This document shows positions 26,350 to 33,110 of a stretch of 64,000 bases of DNA, one piece after another (position 1 is the stretch's first letter; every line of letters starts with the position of its first letter). The notes under the pieces were generated by a model. That model had not been told where the DNA came from. It searched no databases and was given only the letters and a program-made list of their open reading frames with translations. Location of the stretch: the NCBI GenBank assembly GCA_965200555.1, contig OZ241365.1:2085458-2149457 (forward strand). Direction: 5' to 3'. The stretch comes from Dehalococcoidia bacterium (GTDB lineage: Bacteria; Chloroflexota; Dehalococcoidia; UBA2979). Position numbers and translations under genes: made by a program.

Positions 26350-28332
26350 TTGAGCACCGTAACCAAGCTCGGCGTCTACGGCCTCGCCGTCGCCGCCGCG
26401 TTCGCGGTCGCCTTCGCGGTCCTGGTCACGGCCCCCCGCTCCTCCATCGACGCGCACTACCTCGACTCGGGTATGGGTGAGGACATCGTGCCGGTGGCGG
26501 ACGCGAGCGTCGAGGCGTTCACGGACGCGGTCACGGTCGATACCGACGAGACGAACGACATCGCGAAGTTCGGGACCGTCACCTACCGCACCGGGTTGGA
26601 GCTGAGGGGTAGCAACTCGGCCTACATCCGCGTCTTCGACCTGGGGCCCGGCGACGCCGACCCCGACGACGACCACGCCACCGACCCGCCCGCGGGCACG
26701 ACCTCGACGCTGTTCCGGTTCAGCGTGCTGGACGCCAGCGACGCGGACGCGACGTTCAAGGTGGGCGGCGGCACGTCGCTGAACTGCAGCGACAACAAGG
26801 CCTGCGACCTCGACGGCGACGACGACGAAATGACCGTTCAGCTCGAGATCGCGGACGACGCGCCCGCGAACTCGAGCGTTATCGTGAACGTGCAGAACGT
26901 CAACGATAACACGAACGTGCGTGTCGTGTTCTCGATCGGCGGCACCGCGCTCCGGGCCACCGGGCTCACTCTGTCGCTGCTCGGCAACAGCGAGGACTCG
27001 CGGCCGGCGAAGTCGGACGGCACCGACGCGACCGCCGCGATCTTCAAGGTCGAACTGAACGACAACCAGGACCCGCCCCAAGGTTTCGCTGGGGAGACCC
27101 TGAGCATCACGGTCACCGGCGGCGGGTTCACCACCACTGGCTTCGACCCGAACTGCGGCGTGGTCTCGCAGGCCTGCTCGGTGACGAACGACACCGGTGG
27201 CGGCTGGATCCAGGTGCGCGGCACCGGCAACCCCGGCCCCGCCACGCTCACCGTTGTGGCCGCCGGCTTCACCGCGACGAAGATGGTGACCTTCTACGGC
27301 GCCGCCAAGACCATCACGGCCGAGGCCGAGCAGGGCTCGATCGAGGTGGGCGGCAAGGTCTTCATCGTGGTGACCGTGACCGACGGCGCCGACAACGGCA
27401 TCGTGAACCGGCGACCGGAACTCGGTACCGGTGACGACGCCATCAAGGGGCCGAGCACCAACGCCGTCCGCGTGACGGCGGTCCGTACCATGCCCAAGGA
27501 CCCCGCTGGCACGGCGAACGACCTCCCGGCCTGCTCGGCCGGCACGAACTCCAAGGGCAAGTGCGTCATTGAGGTGACGGCGCCGAACCCGGAGGGCACC
27601 GCGAGCGACGCGGCGCGCGGGAACCATGTGGTCACCATCGTGGGCGCGTCCCCGATCGCGAAGGCCGACCAGAAGGTCCAGGTCACGATCGCCGTGGCCG
27701 GCGCGGTCAACGCGGTGACGACGAACGCCCCCACGCGGGTGGACCCGGGCAGCACCACGGAGATCACGGCGACCGTGGTCGACGACGAGGGTGTGCGCGC
27801 GGGAGCGCAGAGCGTCACGGTGACGAAGATCTCCGGCGACGGCGTGCTGCGCGACGGCGGGCCGGCCGTGACCAAGGACGGCCAGCACACGTTCAGCTAC
27901 CGCGCGGCGAGCAACGCCGGCTCGGCGGAGTTCGACGTCGAGGTGCGCGCCACCACCAGCGGCGGTGAGGCGACGGACAGCGGCAAGGTGCTGGCGCGGA
28001 CGAGCTTCACCATCACGGTGGGCGAAGAGGCTCCGCCGGAGCCCGAGACGCCGCCGGCGCCGGAGCGGCCGACGCTGACGCCGCCTCCGTACCCGACGGG
28101 CTTCACGGCCTCGACCTTCAGCGGCGGATCGACCTCCGACCTGCAGGAGGTGCTGCTGAACGTGTACTGCAACAACACGGTCTCGGCCTACGCGACGAGC
28201 CGCGGCGTGCTGGTGCCGTACATCCCGGCGTCGCGGATCGCGGCGGCGAACGCGGCGTTCCTCGGTCTGTTCGCGGACGGGATGGTCCCGGCCGGCACGA
28301 ACGTGATCGTGGGGAACTGCGGGAACCGCTAG
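26350..28332 (+). CDS. Large membrane-anchored or secreted Ig-like-repeat surface protein, paralog 1
   Basis: Track ORF of 660 aa with a TTG start and the RBS AAAGGGGAA. It has an N-terminal TM (LGVYGLAVAAAFAVAFAVLV). Beta-rich modules include ATLTVVAAGFTATKMVTFYG and FIVVTVTDGADNGI. A Pro-rich linker precedes a conserved C-terminal domain ending NVIVGNCGNR. Confidence 0.8.
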   Translation: MSTVTKLGVYGLAVAAAFAVAFAVLVTAPRSSIDAHYLDSGMGEDIVPVADASVEAFTDAVTVDTDETNDIAKFGTVTYRTGLELRGSNSAYIRVFDLGPGDADPDDDHATDPPAGTTSTLFRFSVLDASDADATFKVGGGTSLNCSDNKACDLDGDDDEMTVQLEIADDAPANSSVIVNVQNVNDNTNVRVVFSIGGTALRATGLTLSLLGNSEDSRPAKSDGTDATAAIFKVELNDNQDPPQGFAGETLSITVTGGGFTTTGFDPNCGVVSQACSVTNDTGGGWIQVRGTGNPGPATLTVVAAGFTATKMVTFYGAAKTITAEAEQGSIEVGGKVFIVVTVTDGADNGIVNRRPELGTGDDAIKGPSTNAVRVTAVRTMPKDPAGTANDLPACSAGTNSKGKCVIEVTAPNPEGTASDAARGNHVVTIVGASPIAKADQKVQVTIAVAGAVNAVTTNAPTRVDPGSTTEITATVVDDEGVRAGAQSVTVTKISGDGVLRDGGPAVTKDGQHTFSYRAASNAGSAEFDVEVRATTSGGEATDSGKVLARTSFTITVGEEAPPEPETPPAPERPTLTPPPYPTGFTASTFSGGSTSDLQEVLLNVYCNNTVSAYATSRGVLVPYIPASRIAAANAAFLGLFADGMVPAGTNVIVGNCGNR

Positions 28333-28432
28333 CGGCGGACCGCACGGACGAGGGACGCGCTCCCCGCGCTCCGGCTCCGGCCGGGGCGCGGGGGGCGCCC
28401 CCGCAAGCGGACGCGAGCGAAGGAGACACCGA

Positions 28433-28999
28433 ATGAGGATCGCGAGGGGACGGGTCCTGGCCGGCGTCGCGGCTGCGCTGTTCGCGCTGCTGCTGGCCCC
28501 GGCCCTGACCGGAACGGACGCGGCGCGGGCGCAGACCCCGCCGGCCACCTACTACGGCGCCGGGCTGGACGCGGGCGACGTCGTGACCGTCATGATCGGC
28601 GACGCCTCGTGCGGCACGGCCACGGTCGACGCGAGCGGCCAGTGGAGCGTGGTCGTGCAGGCCGGCGAATGCGGCGGCGCGGCCATCGCCGGCGCGACGG
28701 TGACGTTCATGATCGGCGACGAGGCCGCCGAGCAGACGGCGACCTGGCGGGGCGGCTTCGTGCCGGAGAACACCGCCACCGGCATCACGCTGACCGTCGC
28801 CGAAGGCGCCATGATGGAAGAGGACGGCGACGACGCCGCCGACAGCATGACGCCGGCTCCGGCGGCGCCGGACACCGGCAACGCCGGACTGGCGGCGTCG
28901 GGGAACGGGACGGCCTCGCGGCTGGCGCTGGGCCTGCTCGGCCTGATGGCGCTGGCGGCGACGGCGGGAGCGCGGTTCGCGACGGGCCGCGCGCGCTAG
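28433..28999 (+). CDS. Secreted protein with a C-terminal sorting-signal-like tail
   Basis: Track ORF of 188 aa with the RBS AAGGAGA. The signal peptide ends AARAQT. The C-terminus reads PAAPDTGNAG, then a 13-aa spacer, a hydrophobic helix LALGLLGLMALAATAGA and a basic tail RFATGRAR. Confidence 0.75.
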   Translation: MRIARGRVLAGVAAALFALLLAPALTGTDAARAQTPPATYYGAGLDAGDVVTVMIGDASCGTATVDASGQWSVVVQAGECGGAAIAGATVTFMIGDEAAEQTATWRGGFVPENTATGITLTVAEGAMMEEDGDDAADSMTPAPAAPDTGNAGLAASGNGTASRLALGLLGLMALAATAGARFATGRAR

Positions 29000-29057
29000 C
29001 CCTCGGCGTTTGGGGAGCGCGCCTCGCGGCGCGCCCCCCTCGCGGCGCCGATCGCGG

Positions 29058-29092
29058 CAGCCCCCCGGCTCGCGCCGGGGGGCTGTCTTGTG
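29058..29092 (+). terminator. Intrinsic terminator-like hairpin after the 28433 gene
   Basis: cagccccccgg-ctcgcg-ccggggggctg forms an 11-bp stem and is followed by tcttgtg. Confidence 0.6.
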
Positions 29093-29178
29093 CCCTCGGC
29101 GCGTCGTGCGCCCTCGGTGCGTGGTGGGGGCGTCGGGCGTTGTTGACGGCGGTGGGGGGTGGGGTGTAGGCTTACGCC

Positions 29179-29262
29179 ATCATCTCGCCAGTGTCCGTAC
29201 GCGCACGCTGGCGCTTTTCATCTGCCCCGGTGTCCGTGCGCGCACGCCGGGGCTTTTCATCT
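29179..29262 (+). ncRNA. Candidate small RNA or leader 1 (two terminator-like hairpins)
   Basis: Promoter TTGACG (29143-29148)-18 nt-TAGGCT (29167-29172). Hairpins at 29186-29213 and 29225-29252 each have a 9-bp stem, a 10-nt loop CCGTRCGCGC and a CTTTTCATCT tail. The stems differ by compensatory changes. Confidence 0.3.
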
Positions 29263-29358
29263 GCCCCCGGCATCCAGACGCCGGTACGCTTCTCTTCGCC
29301 GAACTCTTTACCGACGGGGGTTGTTGACGGCGGCTGGGTGTGGGTGTAGGCTTACGCC

Positions 29359-29439
29359 ATCATCTCGCCAGTGTCCGTGCGCGCACACTGGTGTTTCATC
29401 TGCCCCGGTGTCCGTACGCGCACGCCGGGGCTTTTATCT
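29359..29439 (+). ncRNA. Candidate small RNA or leader 2 (paralog of the 29179 element)
   Basis: Promoter TTGACG (29324-29329)-17 nt-TAGGCT (29347-29352), then the same two-hairpin architecture. Further CCCCGGCG/CGCCGGGG hairpins follow before the NYN gene RBS. Confidence 0.3.
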
Positions 29440-29531
29440 GCCCCCGGCATCCACGCCGACGCCGGGAAGCATCAGCCCCGGCGTTCGTTCGCGGACGCCG
29501 GGGCGTTCGTTCAAACGGAGAGGGGTGCCGC

Positions 29532-30128
29532 ATGGCGCGGATGGCCGTCTTTCTCGATGGCGGGTACCTCAGGGGGCTGGGCCGGAGCGATTTCCCGGGC
29601 ATCGCCCTGGACTACACCCGGCTGACCGCCCGCATCAGGGACCGCGTCGCGGGCGACATCACGGAGCCGCTCGACATCCTGCGGACGTACTACTACGACT
29701 GCCCGCCGTTCCAGAGCGAGCATCCCACGGACGAGGAGAGCCGCCGGTACGGGAACTATCGCCGGTTCGCCGACGCCCTGAGCAACCTCCCGAAGTTCGA
29801 GGTGCGTCTGGGCCGGCTGCAGCTGCAGGGCCGCGGTCCGGACGGCAACCCGATCTTCAGGCAGAAGCAGGTGGACCTGCTGCTGGGTCTCGACCTCGCC
29901 CTGCTCAGCGGCAAGAACCAGATCACGCATGTCGCGCTGGTGGCGGGCGACGGCGACTTCGTGCCGGCGGTGCGGGTCGCGAAGCAGGAAGGCGTCACGG
30001 TCTGGCTCTTCCACGGCCCGCGCGCGGGCGTGAGCGGCCCGACCTGCTCCCCGGCGCTGTACCGCGAAGCCGACGCCCGCGCGGAGCTGGACGAGGCGTT
30101 CATGCGATCGGCGGAGCGCGCCTCGTAG
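29532..30128 (+). CDS. NYN-domain (LabA/DUF88-like, PIN-fold) putative ribonuclease
   Basis: ATG at 29532 with the RBS GGAGAGGGG, inside track ORF 29340..30128. Contains AVFLDGGYL, QKQVDLLLGLDLA, LVAGDGDFVPAVRVAKQEGVTVWLF. Confidence 0.8.
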   Translation: MARMAVFLDGGYLRGLGRSDFPGIALDYTRLTARIRDRVAGDITEPLDILRTYYYDCPPFQSEHPTDEESRRYGNYRRFADALSNLPKFEVRLGRLQLQGRGPDGNPIFRQKQVDLLLGLDLALLSGKNQITHVALVAGDGDFVPAVRVAKQEGVTVWLFHGPRAGVSGPTCSPALYREADARAELDEAFMRSAERAS

Positions 30129-30190
30129 CGCCGCCGCGCGCCGCGCGCGGCGCGCCTCGAGGCGCGCCGCGCGACGGGCGGGTGCGCCGT

Positions 30191-30219
30191 TTGACGGAGC
30201 GGCGCGGCGGCGGTAGGTT
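30191..30219 (+). promoter_or_regulatory. Putative promoter of GLUG paralog 2
   Basis: TTGACG-17 nt-TAGGTT, with the -10 element ending 6 nt before the GTG at 30226. The mRNA may therefore be leaderless. Confidence 0.4.
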
Positions 30220-30225
30220 CGCAGC

Positions 30226-32202
30226 GTGGGAGCGGGGGGCGGGATGCTCGCAGGCCTGTGGCGACTGGCGAGGCGGCGATGGCGCGGCGTGGCGGCGCGG
30301 GCGGTGCACTCACTCGCCCTGGCCGCGATGCTGCTCGCGGACGCGCCCCACGCCGGCGCGCAGTCCGCGACCGACTACGACCTCGACGGCGACGGGCTGA
30401 TCGAGGTCTCCACCCTCGCCCAGCTCGACGCCATGCGCCACGACCTCGACGGCGACGGCGACCCCGCCAGCGACGCCTCGGCGGCCTACGCCGCCGCCTT
30501 CCCGAACCGCGACGCCAGCGACGGCGGGCGCATGGGCTGCCCCTCCGGTTCGTGCTCGGGCTACGAGCTCGCCGCCGACCTCGACTTCGACGAGAACGGA
30601 GACGGCGCCGTCACCTCGGCGGACTCCTCGTACTGGAACGGCGGCGCGGGCTGGGACCCGATCGGCGAGGACACCTTCGACCCCTTCGACACCGTCTTCC
30701 TCGGCAACGGCCACACGATCTCGCACCTCTTCGTCAACCGCCCGAACGCAGACGGCGTGGGCCTCTTCGGCACGACCGGCGACCTCGGCTCCCGCATCTC
30801 GGGCGTGGGGCTGCTCTCCGCCGACGTCACCGGCCGCGAGCTGACGGGCGGCCTCGCCGGCGACGGCGGCGGGCCGATCACGGCCAGCTACGTCACCGGC
30901 AAGGTCTCGGGCAGCTACTCCGTCGGCGGCCTCGCGGGCTACTCGATCGGCGACATCACCGCCTGCTGGTCGTCGGCCTCGGTCAGCGCGAGCACGGACA
31001 CCGCCGGCACGCTCCACGTCGCCTACTCGCGCGCGGCGGGCGGGCTCGTGGGCGAGCTGGACAGCGCGGCGGTCTCGGCCTCGTACGCGACGGGATCGGT
31101 CGCGGGCGGGAGCGCGACGGGCGGCCTCGTCGGCAACCTCGTGGCGGGGTCGATCGAGGCCAGCTGGGCGGCGGGCCCCGTCGCGGGCGCGGTCGCGGCC
31201 GCCAGCGGCGGCCTGACCGGCGCCAACGACGTCAACGACGAGGTGTTCGAGGGCGAGACCTACACCGCCAGCTACTGGGACGCCGGCGTGAGCGGCCGCG
31301 GCGCCAGCGGCGGCGGCCTGGGCAAGACCACGCGCGAACTGCAGTCGCCGTCCGGCTACTCCGGCCTCTACGCCGCGTGGAACCTCGACCTCGACGGCGA
31401 CGGGAACAGCGACAGCCCCTGGAACTTCGGCGCGGGCGGCCAGTACCCGGCGCTCGCCTACGGCGGCCTCGACCCGGCGGACCAGCGCACGGCCTGGATC
31501 CGCTCCGGCCACCGCGACGCCCCCGTGGCGGGCGAGCCGGTCGTGGCCGGCCTCGCCGACGCCGCCGCGCGCGCATCGGCCGGCGAGAGCGCGCCGGCCT
31601 CGGCCTGCGGCGCGGCGGGCGTCCCGCGCAAGCGGGCGTGGAAGTGGGAGCGCTCCGGGGACGGCGCGTCTGGCTGGACGGACGTGTCGGCCTCGAACGG
31701 CTCGGCCTGCAGCTACGTCTACGTGCCCTCGTCCGCCGACGCGGGCAAGCGCCTGCGCGCCTCCGTGCCGCTGGCGGCGCGCGGGCGCGCGGTCACGACC
31801 GTCACCGCCGCCGTGCGCGCGCGCAGCGGCGCGGCGGCTGCGGCGGCGCGCTTCGCGGGCGGCCACTCCTCGCCGCGCGCGGGGCGGGCGGTCGCCGCGG
31901 CGAGGCTGCCCGCGCACCGCGACCGCTCGGCGTGGCGCTGGCTGCGCTGCGACGGAGCGGGCGCGACGGCGTCGTGCGCGACGCTGCCCTCGCGCTCGCC
32001 CAGCTGGTCGCACACGCCGACGGCCGCCGACGCCGGCCGCTACCTGCGCGCCTTCGTCTACTACGAGGACGCCTCGACCGGCGTCTGGACCCGCGCCTCC
32101 ACGCCCTCGACCGCCCGCGTCGCCGCCGCCGGCCCCGTCGGCGGCGCCTCCGGCTCCGCCCACCCCTGCGCCCTCGACCCCGCCGCCTGCGGCATCCCCT
32201 GA
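30226..32202 (+). CDS. Secreted GLUG-repeat protein, paralog 2
   Basis: Track ORF of 658 aa. The signal-like N-terminus ends HAGAQS and is followed by DYDLDGDGLIEVSTLAQLDAMRHDLDGDGDP. It contains GNGHTISHLFVNR..VGLFG, GGLAG/GGLVG repeats and two C-terminal WxWxR..YVYVP..LRA modules. It is colinear with the 12282 gene. Confidence 0.85.
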   Translation: MGAGGGMLAGLWRLARRRWRGVAARAVHSLALAAMLLADAPHAGAQSATDYDLDGDGLIEVSTLAQLDAMRHDLDGDGDPASDASAAYAAAFPNRDASDGGRMGCPSGSCSGYELAADLDFDENGDGAVTSADSSYWNGGAGWDPIGEDTFDPFDTVFLGNGHTISHLFVNRPNADGVGLFGTTGDLGSRISGVGLLSADVTGRELTGGLAGDGGGPITASYVTGKVSGSYSVGGLAGYSIGDITACWSSASVSASTDTAGTLHVAYSRAAGGLVGELDSAAVSASYATGSVAGGSATGGLVGNLVAGSIEASWAAGPVAGAVAAASGGLTGANDVNDEVFEGETYTASYWDAGVSGRGASGGGLGKTTRELQSPSGYSGLYAAWNLDLDGDGNSDSPWNFGAGGQYPALAYGGLDPADQRTAWIRSGHRDAPVAGEPVVAGLADAAARASAGESAPASACGAAGVPRKRAWKWERSGDGASGWTDVSASNGSACSYVYVPSSADAGKRLRASVPLAARGRAVTTVTAAVRARSGAAAAAARFAGGHSSPRAGRAVAAARLPAHRDRSAWRWLRCDGAGATASCATLPSRSPSWSHTPTAADAGRYLRAFVYYEDASTGVWTRASTPSTARVAAAGPVGGASGSAHPCALDPAACGIP

Positions 32203-32286
32203 CCGCGCCCCGAGGGGGGCGCCAGCGCGCCGAGGGCTCCCCGCAGCCCGGCGTGCGCGCGCCGTCCTCGAGGGTGGGTGGGCCGC

Positions 32287-32988
32287 CTAACGGAAGGCGG
32301 CGACGATGTCCGGCAGTGCGGAGGCGAGGACGGCGAGGACGCCGCCGGCGGCCCCGCCGATGATCACGAGCCGCCACCGCACGGCGGTGATCTTCGAGTC
32401 GAGCCCGTCGAGCCTGCCCCCCAGCCCGATGTTGACCCCATCGATCTTGATGTCGAGCGCCTCGATCTTCGTGCCGAGGGCGGTGCTGACGCCATCGATC
32501 TTGATGTCGAGGGTTCCGATCCTCGTGTCGAGCGCAGTGATCCGCTCTCCGAGAGCGGTGTTGATGCCGTCGATCTTGGTGTCGAGCGCCTCGATCTTCG
32601 TTTCGAGTGCGGAGATTTTGGTTTCGATGGCCTCGAACTTCGCGTCGAGCGCCTCGAACCTCTTGTCGATGGCCTCGAACTTCGCTTCGAGCACCTCGAA
32701 CTTCGCGTCGATGGCTTCGAACCTGGTGTCGAGGGCGGCGAACTTCGCATCGATGGCCTCGAACTTCGTGTCGAGGGCGGCGAACTTCGCGTCGATATCC
32801 GTTCGCAGCGCGGCGAACTCGCGCGCGTTCTCGCGGCGCAGGTCGTCGAACTTCGCGTCGGAGGCGCGGATCGCGGCGTAGAGCATCGCGACGGCGTGCT
32901 GCTCGGGCACGCCGGCGTCCTGCAGCCGCTGCACCTCCGCGAGGGTGTCGATGCCGGAGGGCTGGGGCTGGATCCGTTCGGTGGTCAT
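32287..32988 (-). CDS. Tail-anchored coiled-coil protein, long paralog (about 20 uninterrupted heptads)
   Basis: Track ORF 32287..33012. The preferred start is ATG 32988 (RBS AAGGGAG), because the upstream ATG lies inside a TATGCT -10-like box. It has an N-terminal helical module (IDTLAEVQRLQDAGVPEQHAVAMLYAAI), heptads FEAIDAK, FAALDTK and so on, and a C-terminal TM (LVIIGGAAGGVLAVLASAL). Confidence 0.8.
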   Translation of the reverse strand: MTTERIQPQPSGIDTLAEVQRLQDAGVPEQHAVAMLYAAIRASDAKFDDLRRENAREFAALRTDIDAKFAALDTKFEAIDAKFAALDTRFEAIDAKFEVLEAKFEAIDKRFEALDAKFEAIETKISALETKIEALDTKIDGINTALGERITALDTRIGTLDIKIDGVSTALGTKIEALDIKIDGVNIGLGGRLDGLDSKITAVRWRLVIIGGAAGGVLAVLASALPDIVAAFR

Positions 32989-33038
32989 GGCCGCTCCCTT
33001 GCCCGGCAGCATACACGCTCGCCGCCCTGCGCGCGGCG

Positions 33039-33067
33039 TTGACGGGGAGCGGGGGCGGGGGTAGCAT
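33039..33067 (+). promoter_or_regulatory. Putative promoter of surface-protein paralog 2
   Basis: TTGACG-17 nt-TAGCAT. It lies back-to-back with the divergent coiled-coil gene promoter. Confidence 0.4.
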
Positions 33068-33110
33068 GTCGGGCGAGTGGCGGGGCAGGTCCCTCCGAGG
33101 GGGGCTGCTC

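Larger units (their letters stand above)
29139..29453 (+). repeat. Tandem duplication (period 181 bp) of a promoter plus double-hairpin module
   Basis: Unit 1 (29139-29276) and unit 2 (29320-29453) are near-identical. Each reads gttgttgacggcgg...gtgtaggcttacgccatcatctcgccagtgtccgt.cgcgcac..., followed by two hairpins. Confidence 0.9.

Noticed and set aside
26311-28548. 745-aa antisense ORF over the Ig-like surface protein gene. Analogous ORFs are 30258..32363, 30310..32163 and 32985..34358.
   Set aside because: The sense frames are conserved between the two paralogs at the protein level. The antisense and off-frame products are Arg/Gly/Pro runs.
29139-29460. Whether the repeated hairpins upstream of the NYN gene form a small CRISPR array.
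   Set aside because: There are only four ~43-bp hairpin copies, arranged as a duplicated 181-bp unit that includes promoter-like boxes. There are no regularly spaced unique spacers and no cas genes in the window.
32989-33110. ATG 33012 as the start of the long coiled-coil gene, and ATG 33066 as the start of surface-protein paralog 2.
   Set aside because: Both ATGs fall inside -10-like hexamers (TATGCT, TAGCAT) of back-to-back promoters. The downstream starts (32988, 33111) have RBSs, and 33111 aligns with the N-terminus of paralog 1.
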